IMG/VR virus record: IMGVR_UViG_3300005098_000046
Coordinates: 1 to 62,898 of that record
Length of the DNA: 62,898 nucleotides
DNA from: a virus
Taxonomy: Duplodnaviria; Caudoviricetes
Reading direction: 5' to 3' (one strand)
Both the position numbers and the translations under genes were made by a program. A model generated the notes under the pieces. It did not search any database. It was given only the letters and a program-made list of their open reading frames with translations, and had not been told where the DNA came from. Positions 35,585 through 44,169 of the stretch are shown here, piece by piece. Numbering within the stretch: position 1 is the stretch's first letter; the number at the start of each line of letters is the position of its first letter.

Positions 35585-35706
35585 GGCGCTCACTCCTCAT
35601 CGGTATTGGGAAGCCTTGTGGCCTCCCTTGACGGTCATGGCATTCAGCCAGGGCCGTCAAGGGAGACCACCTTGCGGTGGCCTTCCCCCGATGAGGAGGA
35701 GGGTCC

Positions 35707-36153
35707 TTTGCGGAGATTCGGATTATCAGCAGCCGCCAGAAGAGCGTCGTCTATCTGGCGACCTTGCGCGCGCACTCCGCTAGGCTTTACCGTCACGCGC
35801 GTTGCCAGCCAGAGCTACTGGCTATGTCAAGGTGCGCACCAGCCCCACTCTGTGGATAACCATCTACGACTCTGGTGAGTCGCGGCGCGATGATTATCGG
35901 CAATTCGCCTTGGCCACAGAGTCTCGGCATCGCTGCGATATGCCACCACGCTATCCACCAGCCTTTCGTGCCAACGCACTCAGAACGCAAGCACGCCACG
36001 CTTGCAGAACCTTGTGCGACTCCGACTATGATTGTTGCCGCTCTGCCGCGCGTCAATCGACGCGCGTCCAGCACCGTTCGGTGACCGAGTCGCGCCAGTT
36101 CGCGCTCTGTGTGAAGGTTCGCCGTCGCTGGCGCGCTTGCGCGCGCCATTGAC
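35707..36153 (-). ncRNA. Predicted long structured leader/ncRNA
   Basis: No convincing CDS; nested stems on the minus strand starting with GGCGCGC-GCAA-GCGCGCC just after a promoter. Confidence 0.5.
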
Positions 36154-36159
36154 ATGATA

Positions 36160-36188
36160 ATGCTAATCGACGCGCGCGAATATGTCAA
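36160..36188 (-). promoter_or_regulatory. Sigma70-type promoter for the leftward array
   Basis: TTGACA (36188-36183), 17 nt, TAGCAT (36165-36160); flanked by inverted repeat ATTGACAT (36148-36155) / ATGTCAAT (36182-36189). Confidence 0.7.
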
Positions 36189-36279
36189 TAATCTATGTGT
36201 CTGGAATGTGTCAAATGCAGAATCAAATCCGTGTCGGCTCTGTGGAGTCTATGTTGCCAATGGTCACAGCGCTGTCACA

Positions 36280-36470
36280 AAAGACGGCGCCAGAGACGGC
36301 CGTAGACGCCGTAGACGGCGCTTAGGCGCCGCTCTGTGGCCACGTAGACGCCGTAGACGGCATAGACCCAGAGACCCAGACACGCACAGACGCAGAGACG
36401 GCGCGCTGGCGCTCTGTGGCCACGTGGACGCCGTAGACGGCAGCCCCGGCGCCCCCCCCCGGCGCCCGGG
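36280..36470. repeat. Iteron-like AGAC/CGTAGACG repeat cluster
   Basis: 33-bp direct repeat 36330-36362 / 36410-36442 (1 mismatch); CGTAGACG at 36301, 36310, 36343, 36352, 36432; C9 run at 36452-36460. Confidence 0.85.
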
Positions 36471-36493
36471 CCGAAGCAAAATCTGCTTGCCGC

Positions 36494-36523
36494 TTGACAA
36501 GCGATTGCTAATCTGCTACTAAT
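36494..36523 (+). promoter_or_regulatory. Candidate rightward sigma70 promoter (replication operon)
   Basis: TTGACA at 36494, 17 nt, TG-n-TACTAA(T); -10 imperfect. Confidence 0.5.
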
Positions 36524-36560
36524 ACAGCACCAAAACCGCAGTCAACAGGAGGCAAATGCT

Positions 36561-36815
36561 ATGCGTATCGTGCCGACAGAAACTATGAAACAAGCAATTG
36601 AGGCCATCGCCCGGAAAGAAGCCAAGCGCCCCGAACAGATTGACTTCCGTAAATGGCTCGTCGATAGGTTCAATGAACACGGAAGCGTCTACGCCGTGTG
36701 GCGTATCCTCGATACCGATTACGGCATACACTTCAGCTATAACACCGTCCGGGTATGGTACATGCAGCTGCGCATCAATATCGAGCGCCCGAAGGCTGTC
36801 GTGGTGGAGGAGTAA
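36561..36815 (+). CDS. Small putative HTH DNA-binding protein
   Basis: CAGGAGG RBS; SVYAVWRIL...FSYNTVRVW helix-turn-helix-like. Confidence 0.6.
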   Translation: MRIVPTETMKQAIEAIARKEAKRPEQIDFRKWLVDRFNEHGSVYAVWRILDTDYGIHFSYNTVRVWYMQLRINIERPKAVVVEE

Positions 36816-36817
36816 CC

Positions 36818-38569
36818 ATGCGCCGCGCGGTGTATGGCACTCAGGCATCGCCCGATGGCCTGAGTACAATCGTATGGCTCCGCGTGCCTTACAGCAAAGC
36901 CAACCTTGAAGCCGTCAAGTCCATCCGGCTGAATGGCGTCAAGCCACGGTGGAGCAAGTTCGCACGCGCGTGGTGGTGGCAAGTGTCGCCGTCAGACGCC
37001 GGTGACATCATCGATGCCATCCGCGCAACCTGGCCGGCAGAGTATAGCTCGGAGCAACTGGAGATTGAGCCGCCGCCGACCGCCGAACCGTTGCGGGTCC
37101 AACCAGCGACGTATAGCTGGCGGCGCAAACCGTATGAGCACCAGCGCATCGCCGTGGCCGCTATCCTGCAGCGCCCGGATTTCCTGCTGCTGGACGAGAT
37201 GGGCCTCGGCAAAACACAAACCGCCATCGACGCCGCGTGCGTGCTGTTGGAGGAAGAGAGAATTGAGCGGGTCGTCATCCTGACACCGCTCTCCGCAGCG
37301 CCGGTCTGGGCACGCGAGATACGCACAGTTGCATGGGTAAACCCCACAGACATCGCTCTGGTACGCAATAACCCGCCAGCCAAACACCCAGACCACATCC
37401 GCGGACTGAGCAACCGCGAATACAGAAGCCTTCAACTTCGCAAGCGCGCCACATGGACGATATGCCATTACGACGTTGTGCCCCGGCACCGTGGAGAGCT
37501 TGGTGCGCTCTGCAACGGCGCGCTGCTTATCTGCGATGAAGCCCACAAACTGCGGAACCCACGCGGTGTTATCAGCAAAATTGTGCTGCGCGAGTTCAAG
37601 CCGAGCCGCTTGTTGCTTATGACCGGGACACCTATCGCCGACAAGCCCGACGACATCTGGGCGCTGGCTTCGCGCGTGGCGCCGTCGGAGTTCGGCAACT
37701 GGTATACGTTCATGCAGAGATACGTAGTTTTTGCCAAGACGCGCGATGGTCGGAAGTTCCCGGTCGGGTATCGCAATCTCGACGACTTGCATCGTCGGCT
37801 TCAAACGATTAGCCTTCGGCGAAGGAAAGCGGAGTGCCTCGACCTGCCGCCGAAGATTTACGAAGTGCAATACGCCGAGTGGGGCAAGCAACAACAGCAA
37901 GCCTATACGCGCGTGCAAGAAGGCTTGCGCGTGCTGATGCAAGACGGCAGCAAAGTCGTGTCGGTGCAAGCCCCGGAGGTGCGCGCGCAACTCTTGCGCT
38001 TGCAGCAGATTGCTGACGGCTATCTGAGCGATGCCCCCGGCCGGGAAGTCTGGTTCGAGGACGTCCCGAAGTGGTCACTATGCATGGAGTTAGTGCGCGA
38101 GATAGCGCAAGGCGAAAAGGTTGTACTATGGTCGCGCTTCCGCCCGCCGGTGATTAGGGCAGCCGAAGAACTTGCGGACCTTGGCGCCGAAGCCATCTAC
38201 GGCGATGTGAAGCGCGACAAGCGCGACGAGATAGTCGCCGCATTCAATGCCGATGATGATAGGCGCGTGCTTGTCTGCCAGGTACACACCGCGTCCTTGG
38301 GGATGAACCTCCAAGTGGCCAGCACAGCTATTTTCTATGACCTGTGGTGGGCGCCTGGCCAAGTGGCGCAAGCCGAGGACCGCATTCACCGCATCGGCAG
38401 CAACAAAGTCGTTATTTTGCGTCTGGCATTGCGTAATAGCATAGACGAGCATGTACAGCAAATGCTTCAGCGAAAGGGGGAATGGGCAGACGCCGTGCTT
38501 GGTGAACAGCAGTGGACGCGTGCATTCGCGCGCGACTTCTTGCAGCGGCTGTTAGAGCCGCCAACATAA
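36818..38569 (+). CDS. SNF2-family (DEAH) helicase
   Basis: DEMGLGKT, CDEAH, MTGTP, LRLQQI, GMNLQ, QAEDRIHRIG. Confidence 0.95.
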   Translation: MRRAVYGTQASPDGLSTIVWLRVPYSKANLEAVKSIRLNGVKPRWSKFARAWWWQVSPSDAGDIIDAIRATWPAEYSSEQLEIEPPPTAEPLRVQPATYSWRRKPYEHQRIAVAAILQRPDFLLLDEMGLGKTQTAIDAACVLLEEERIERVVILTPLSAAPVWAREIRTVAWVNPTDIALVRNNPPAKHPDHIRGLSNREYRSLQLRKRATWTICHYDVVPRHRGELGALCNGALLICDEAHKLRNPRGVISKIVLREFKPSRLLLMTGTPIADKPDDIWALASRVAPSEFGNWYTFMQRYVVFAKTRDGRKFPVGYRNLDDLHRRLQTISLRRRKAECLDLPPKIYEVQYAEWGKQQQQAYTRVQEGLRVLMQDGSKVVSVQAPEVRAQLLRLQQIADGYLSDAPGREVWFEDVPKWSLCMELVREIAQGEKVVLWSRFRPPVIRAAEELADLGAEAIYGDVKRDKRDEIVAAFNADDDRRVLVCQVHTASLGMNLQVASTAIFYDLWWAPGQVAQAEDRIHRIGSNKVVILRLALRNSIDEHVQQMLQRKGEWADAVLGEQQWTRAFARDFLQRLLEPPT

Positions 38570-38592
38570 TCTCTCCTCAGGAGGCATCGACG

Positions 38593-39531
38593 ATGGGCCG
38601 AAAGAACGGAAATGGAAACGGCAAGAAGAAAGGCACCAAACTTGCGCCGGTGCAGCCGGCAGGCGGTATCCCTGCACATATTCTCGCCGCCGCCCAGCAA
38701 GCGCCGCAAGAAGTGCTGCCGGAAGCGGACCCGGAATTGCGTACCATCCCGCGCGCGCGGCTTCTGCAGAGAATGAGCCGCGACTTGGGCGCGTTCGAGC
38801 CGGGCAATATCGTCAATTCGTTGACCGGCGAGCTCATCTGGCCGCGCGCTGTGCATCTCGAACCGCCGGATTGGGTGCCGGAAGATTTCATCATCGACCC
38901 CGGCAAAGACGACCGCGCTGCTTGGGTCGTAGTGCCGCTGGACGCCTATACTGAGCGCATCTACTTCGAGGGCCTGGAGCTTGTGTGCCGCAGCGACCGC
39001 ATGGGGCGCCAGCCGCTCCCCGGCATGGCGCAGAGCGCTGCTGTCACAAGCTGCGCGGAATGCCCGCTCAAAGAATGGGGCACTACCGGCGAAGGCAAGC
39101 GCGTGCCGCCGAAGTGCAACAAGGTCGTTACGCTTGTTGTGCTTGACTACTTCAACCTGCGTGACTTGCTGGCCGGCAGCTACAGCGCCGATTTGCTCAG
39201 CGCCGCGCCAGTGGCGGTGAGCTTTGTGCGCACGAGCTTCAAGGCCGGCGCGTTTCTGTACCGGATGCTCACGCTGTCGCGGCCACCGACACCGCCGTAT
39301 CTGCGCCGCTTCGTTGTCTGGCCAGAGCTGGTCAAGGGCGACCTTGGCGAATATTACGTCTTCCGCACCGGGCTTGCCGGCTGGGTAGAGGCCGACGAGA
39401 TTGAGCCGCTTGAGCGGCTTGCTGAGATGCTTCACGAAACCCAGCCCCAAGTTTCGGAAGCCTTGCCCAGCGAGTTTAGCGACGACACCGGCGACGCACT
39501 GGACGATGAAGACGTGTTCGCCGATATGTAG
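38593..39531 (+). CDS. Putative phage ssDNA-binding protein
   Basis: PRARLLQ, CRSD, CAECP..W, PPKC and acidic aromatic tail DDEDVFADM; between helicase and primase. Confidence 0.6.
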   Translation: MGRKNGNGNGKKKGTKLAPVQPAGGIPAHILAAAQQAPQEVLPEADPELRTIPRARLLQRMSRDLGAFEPGNIVNSLTGELIWPRAVHLEPPDWVPEDFIIDPGKDDRAAWVVVPLDAYTERIYFEGLELVCRSDRMGRQPLPGMAQSAAVTSCAECPLKEWGTTGEGKRVPPKCNKVVTLVVLDYFNLRDLLAGSYSADLLSAAPVAVSFVRTSFKAGAFLYRMLTLSRPPTPPYLRRFVVWPELVKGDLGEYYVFRTGLAGWVEADEIEPLERLAEMLHETQPQVSEALPSEFSDDTGDALDDEDVFADM

Positions 39532-39612
39532 GCCCGCAGCGGAGAAAGGGGCTGGCGTATAACACGCACCGCGCCGGCCCCTTCGCATTCTTCTTCGCCG
39601 GGAGGGTCGCCA

Positions 39613-42294
39613 GTGTCTCTTGATAGAATACGCGAAGCCGCTGCACGCCAGATAGACAAAATCATCGGCGAGTATGTACAGCTTTCACGAGCAGGCAGTG
39701 AGTGGCGGGGGATATGCCCGTTTCATACCGAGCAACGCCCCAGCCTATACGTTGGCGACGGCGTGTGGTATTGCCACGGTTGCGGTGCCGGCGGTGATGC
39801 CTTCACCTTCGTGCAGAAGATTGAGCATTGCTCCTTCGCCGAAGCCGTAGAGATTATCGCGCGGCGGGTCGGCATACCTCTCGACCGCGCACAACAGGCC
39901 GAGCGCGTCAAAGCCGAAGGACTGGAGCGCGCCGTCTCTCTTCTCTACCAGGAGCTTCTTCAGCACATCCGCACAATCTCTGCTGAAAGAGGCTATAGCG
40001 GCCAAGTGCAAGCATACCTCTGCGAACGCCGGGGCATTCTGCCTAACGTTGTTGAGCAGTCACTGGCCGTATTCAGTGCGCCAGAGACGCTGCGCGTGCT
40101 TGAAGAATTGAAAAGCAAGACACCCGAAGGCGTTTGGGCGCGAAGCGGACTCGGCGCCACGCCGCCAGACTTCTGGCGCAGCCGCGTCATCATTCCTATC
40201 GTCATACGTGGGCGCATCGTCAACATGTACGCGCGCGCCGTCGGCGAAAGCCAAAAGCCACATCTGTACCTTGCATCGCGCGCGCGGTTCCCGTGGGGGC
40301 TTGACCAAGCACGCAAGCGCCGCACCGTAGTGCTTACAGAAGCTATCATCGATGCGATGAGCGTGCTTTCAGCGCTTAGCCCGGACGATAATCTGGGCGT
40401 CGCAGCGCTTCTCGGCACCAACGCCAACGAAGCGCTTGTGCGCCGTCTGCGTGCGTTCGACAAAGCTATCATTTGCTTCGATTGCGATAAAGACTCGCTG
40501 GCCGGGCAGAAAGCCGCACTGAAGCTGGCCGGTATGCTTTCGCAAAACGGCATCACTGTAGAGATTGCCGACCTTGCCAGTAGCGGAACCCCACCGCCAG
40601 TAGACCCCAACGAATTGCTAATCAAAGCCGGCCCGGAAGTCTTGCATGAATGTGTGCTCCACCCAGTCTCGCCGCTTGAGTTCCGCCAGAAATGGCAAGT
40701 TGACCCCGGCAAGTCGCTGCTGGTGCGCGAAGGTAGTATCTGGCGGCTGACGTGCGGCGGCGGCGTAGTCTTTGAAGTGCAGCACATAGACACCTCTGAC
40801 CCGCGCGGGCTTCGCGCTGTCGTTATCGCGCGCGACGGCAAGCGCATTCTCAACAAGTCGGCGGTGCCGCTTTGGAGTGATGTCGCCCGGTCACGTTTCG
40901 CTAGCAAATGCGCCCAGAACGGCATCCAGCGCGGCGACGTTGAAGGCTGGTTACTTACGCTTGACGAAGAGCTTCAACGGCTCGTGGCCGATACGGAAGT
41001 CGTACCCAGCGAAGAGGAACACGCAGCAACAGAAGTGGAGATTGACCCAGAGGATAAAGAGAAAGCGCTTGAGTGGCTGACCAGCCCGCACTTGTTGCAA
41101 TCGCTATACGGTCACCTGGACCTGATGGGCATAGTCGGCGAGCAGACGTGCGCGCTGGTGACGTATCTGGTGATGGCCAGTCGCAGGATGTTCAAGCCGC
41201 TGTATCTCATCATCAAAGGCGAATCGTCCACCGGCAAAAGCCACATACTGACCACCATCGCCAAGCTGTGCCCACCAGACGAATGCAGAGAATTATCGCG
41301 TATGACAGCGCAAGCGCTTTTCCGCGTCCCACCGGATTGGGCCAAGCACCGCTTCTTGATACTTCAAGAGCGCGTCGGCGGCGAAGACGCCGACTATTCG
41401 CTGCGCACGATGATGAGCGAAGAGGGGCTTGTGCTGCTGGAAACAGCGAAAGACGAAACCGGCAACCTTGTCACGCAAGAGCGCGTGGTGGAAGGCCCGA
41501 TGGCGTATGCTGAAACCACTACCGCCATGCAGATAAACTTCGAGAACGAGACGCGCTTGATAGAGCTTTCGCCGGACGACTCCCCAGAGCAAACGGAGCG
41601 CATTCACGAATACCAGCGCTTTCTTGCAACCGAGGCCGGGTTAGAGGCCGAAGTCTTCCGCGAAGAAGTTATGCGGCTTCACCACGCCGCGCAGCGCTTG
41701 CTTCAGCCGATTGCGGTTGTTATACCGTTCGCAGAATTGCTGTCGTTCCCTACCGATAAGGCGCGCTTTCGGCGTGACCACGACAAGCTACTGCGGCTGG
41801 TGCGCGTCGTGGCGTTTCTCCATCAGCACCAGCGCGAAGTACAACGGCTTGAAACCCCCGCCGGGACGAAGGAGTACATCGAGGCCACGCCAGAAGATTA
41901 TGAGATTGTCTATGACATAGCCGACAGCTTGTTCGCATCAGCGCTTCAAGACTTGGACGAACGGACCGCGCGCGTCTTTGCGGCCATGACGGAGCTTGCG
42001 CGCAAGCGTTACATAGCGGCCCATCCATCGTTGATGGAAGAACCAACACCTGACCAGATAGCGGCCGTCGGTTTGTCGCTGGCGGATATTCGGCCATACG
42101 CGCGCTTGCGCGATAGCACGCTGCGGAGAGTACTGCAGTACCTGGTGGATATTGACTACGTCAATGCCGAGAAGCGCGGCCGTTCGCTGGTGTATAACGT
42201 AACATACATTGACGATGGCAGAGGCATTACGGACTATCTGATTTCCCCGGTTGAGTTGCGGCGTCAATTACAGGCTGAAGCGCTTCGCGAGTGA
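39613..42294 (+). CDS. DnaG-type primase (CHC2 Zn finger + TOPRIM) fused to a P-loop ATPase/helicase
   Basis: CPFHTE..CHGC, TEAIIDAMS, CFDCD, DPNE; IKGESSTGKS Walker A; C-terminal winged-helix-like end. Confidence 0.88.
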   Translation: MSLDRIREAAARQIDKIIGEYVQLSRAGSEWRGICPFHTEQRPSLYVGDGVWYCHGCGAGGDAFTFVQKIEHCSFAEAVEIIARRVGIPLDRAQQAERVKAEGLERAVSLLYQELLQHIRTISAERGYSGQVQAYLCERRGILPNVVEQSLAVFSAPETLRVLEELKSKTPEGVWARSGLGATPPDFWRSRVIIPIVIRGRIVNMYARAVGESQKPHLYLASRARFPWGLDQARKRRTVVLTEAIIDAMSVLSALSPDDNLGVAALLGTNANEALVRRLRAFDKAIICFDCDKDSLAGQKAALKLAGMLSQNGITVEIADLASSGTPPPVDPNELLIKAGPEVLHECVLHPVSPLEFRQKWQVDPGKSLLVREGSIWRLTCGGGVVFEVQHIDTSDPRGLRAVVIARDGKRILNKSAVPLWSDVARSRFASKCAQNGIQRGDVEGWLLTLDEELQRLVADTEVVPSEEEHAATEVEIDPEDKEKALEWLTSPHLLQSLYGHLDLMGIVGEQTCALVTYLVMASRRMFKPLYLIIKGESSTGKSHILTTIAKLCPPDECRELSRMTAQALFRVPPDWAKHRFLILQERVGGEDADYSLRTMMSEEGLVLLETAKDETGNLVTQERVVEGPMAYAETTTAMQINFENETRLIELSPDDSPEQTERIHEYQRFLATEAGLEAEVFREEVMRLHHAAQRLLQPIAVVIPFAELLSFPTDKARFRRDHDKLLRLVRVVAFLHQHQREVQRLETPAGTKEYIEATPEDYEIVYDIADSLFASALQDLDERTARVFAAMTELARKRYIAAHPSLMEEPTPDQIAAVGLSLADIRPYARLRDSTLRRVLQYLVDIDYVNAEKRGRSLVYNVTYIDDGRGITDYLISPVELRRQLQAEALRE

Positions 42295-43366
42295 TGCGAT
42301 AAGCGGTGCGGCCATTGTAGTGAGCGGTATAGGCATGGAGCCTTCCCTTGTGAATAAGCTGGCGGACGTAGTAGGCGCTTACGCCCAGCAATTCGGCGGC
42401 TTCTGATACCGACAACGCGCGCTCCAGCTGCGCTGCTTCTTGGGCGACCGCACGCTTGACCACGATGCTTTTCTTGCGCCCAGGCAACCGCCGGCCGGGA
42501 AGCTGGCCGCTGTTGAATCTCTGCTTCGCGGCCGCATAAGAGATGCCGATAATCTCTGCGGCTTCGCGTAGCGTCACTTCGTCCGGTTGCTGGCGCTCTT
42601 CAATCATCCGCCGCTTGAGCCGCATAACACTGGCCTTGCTAAGCCAGATACCGCCGCCCTTGCGCGGGAGCGGGCAATTCTCCAGTTCTTCGAGTTCGCC
42701 GTCGCGCAGTAGCCGGCGCACGGTCTGCTCGGAGAGGCCGAGCACTTCCGCTGCGCGCTGTACAGTCATGGCTTCATCAAGCATACGCTCGAACTCTGCG
42801 ATGCTTTCCGGGGTGATGAAAATCATCCCGGCAGCGCTTTGATAGCCGCGCAACGCACCACTCTTGTATAGCCGGCGAACGGTGTTGGGGTGTATGCCGA
42901 AGCGCTGGGCAACTTCGGTGGCCAGCAGCGCCTTCGTGACCGGGTCCTCCATGTAGTCAGGCACACTCGGCTCCACCGGCTTGACTTTTATCTTCCGGCG
43001 CGGCCGAACGACTTCTTCCTTCTGCCGCTCAAATACTTCCTTGTGGCGCACGACGGCGTCGCGCTCAAGCACAATCTTGCCATTGTGCGGCAGCCGCCGG
43101 CCGGGGATACGGCCGGTTGCATAGCATTTCCAGATATAGTAGCGCGAGCAGCCGATGATGTCGGCCGCTTCCGTCAACGTCACTTCGTCTGGGCGCTTGC
43201 AGGCTTCCAGGAACTCATCAATGCTGTCCTCATCGACCAGCAACCGGCCAGATTCAGTCTTGCGGCCACGAAGGACGCCGAGATGAAAGTACCGCACCGC
43301 CGTGGGATACGATATGCTGAGCTGCTTCGCCGCTTCGGCAAGGGGCATGAGATTATCTTCGGGCAC
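42227..43366 (-). CDS. Protein of six tandem excisionase/MerR-like HTH domains
   Basis: Six repeats of (L/T)xEAAxxLGxSxxTVRxxxxxGxLxG; CCAGGAGG RBS. Confidence 0.9.
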   Translation of the reverse strand: MPEDNLMPLAEAAKQLSISYPTAVRYFHLGVLRGRKTESGRLLVDEDSIDEFLEACKRPDEVTLTEAADIIGCSRYYIWKCYATGRIPGRRLPHNGKIVLERDAVVRHKEVFERQKEEVVRPRRKIKVKPVEPSVPDYMEDPVTKALLATEVAQRFGIHPNTVRRLYKSGALRGYQSAAGMIFITPESIAEFERMLDEAMTVQRAAEVLGLSEQTVRRLLRDGELEELENCPLPRKGGGIWLSKASVMRLKRRMIEERQQPDEVTLREAAEIIGISYAAAKQRFNSGQLPGRRLPGRKKSIVVKRAVAQEAAQLERALSVSEAAELLGVSAYYVRQLIHKGRLHAYTAHYNGRTAYRITREALQPVIDAATQPGKSDSP

Positions 43367-43402
43367 CGCGTGTTCCTCCTGGATGGTAGATTGTCACGAC
43401 AT

Positions 43403-43431
43403 AACATATCACAAACATACTTTGCTGTCAA
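43403..43431 (-). promoter_or_regulatory. Sigma70-type promoter of the six-HTH gene
   Basis: TTGACA (43431-43426), 17 nt, TGn-TATGTT (43408-43403). Confidence 0.7.
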
Positions 43432-43439
43432 TCGCGCCG

Positions 43440-44120
43440 CCACAATTTGGCCATAATGGGCTGCTCATAGGCGCCCGGACGCCGCGCAAACAGCTGTTTT
43501 CAGAGGCCATTTGTGACGGCGAGTTCTAAAAGTCTCTCATGTTGTAGTTAGGTGCGATTGCGATGTACGCGTTTGGAACGGTTGCACTTTACTACAACAT
43601 GATAGATTTGTTCGACGAACGCTTCGCGGCAGGAAAGTGTATAATCGTGGCCGCTTTGCAAACCGACGAACGATACGAGCTTTTTGGCGTGACTGTGTTA
43701 CCAACATGCCAAAATTAATTTTCAATTGCAGCCAGCCGCGCCCGAAAATGATATGTAAGAAATCACTGTTTGGCACGGGGTCTGTATGCAGTCTGTCGCC
43801 GAGTCTACGTTGCGGCAATGACAGTCACAGAAAAAACACGCAGCTAATTATCGAAACTCACGACTCTTTTGATGATACAAACGATGTGGTGCGGTTAAGA
43901 AACCGTTGCAACATTTCCAGAGAGAGAGTCTTACAAACTCAACACGGCTTTTTGGTGTTGTGTATATCTCTGTTCTCGGTGAAAAGTTGCAACGGTTGAT
44001 TAAGTGTTATTCGCAAATGATATGAAAGAAACTATCGCTAAGCCCTATCAATAAGCGCTTGAAATGTGGGAGCGGTGTGTCTCTGTGGCGAAACTGTTGC
44101 AGAAGAAAATTACGCAAGCA
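43440..44120. other. AT-richer non-coding region, candidate replication origin
   Basis: No credible CDS; inverted repeat AACCGTTGCAAC (43901-43912) / GTTGCAACGGTT (43986-43997); 16-bp direct repeat TGGCGTGACTGTGTTA (43685, 44131). Confidence 0.5.
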
Positions 44121-44121
44121 C

Positions 44122-44150
44122 TTGACAAGCTGGCGTGACTGTGTTAGACT
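44122..44150 (+). promoter_or_regulatory. Sigma70-type promoter of the middle operon
   Basis: TTGACA, 17 nt, TGn-TAGACT. Confidence 0.75.
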
Positions 44151-44169
44151 ACTGGCAAAGCTGGAGGTG

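Larger units (their letters stand above)
25891..35598 (-). repeat. 18 copies of a start-associated RBS barcode, consensus CGRTGAGGAGGGTC-N3-5-ATG
   Basis: + strand CCCTCCTC begins at 25891, 26578, 27982, 28789, 29346, 30035, 30449, 30817, 31214, 31672, 32233, 32581, 33227, 33764, 34275, 34678, 35172; variant CACTCCTC at 35591. Confidence 0.95.
25905..35690 (-). promoter_or_regulatory. Repeated intergenic three-hairpin element upstream of each barcode
   Basis: About 70-110 nt in every cassette gap, e.g. 26602-26663 reads on minus GGGGCC-GCAA-GGCCCC / CGUGGAAGCA..UGCUUCCACG / GGAGC-UUUGU-GCUCC; copies near 30.85 kb and 34.3 kb lack the first hairpin. Confidence 0.85.

Noticed and set aside
25905-35690. 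Integron attC cassette array
   Set aside because: No tyrosine recombinase seen and no consistent RYYYAAC/GTTRRRY ends; tetraloops and G-U bias favour RNA structure, although cassette shuffling is not excluded
25905-35690. Intergenic elements as ordinary intrinsic terminators or tRNAs
   Set aside because: No U-tract follows them on the coding strand, and there are no T-loop, D-loop or anticodon-arm consensus features
25891-35706. CRISPR array
   Set aside because: Repeats are 8-15 nt, irregularly spaced by whole genes, and no cas genes are present
35851-35859. Perfect DnaA box TTATCCACA on the minus strand
   Set aside because: Single copy, explained as a stem of the predicted leader RNA; no box cluster
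36209-36214. Second leftward TTGACA
   Set aside because: No acceptable -10 at 16-18 nt spacing
43537-43999. ORFs in the AT-richer gap
   Set aside because: Atypical composition, no RBS; treated as non-coding
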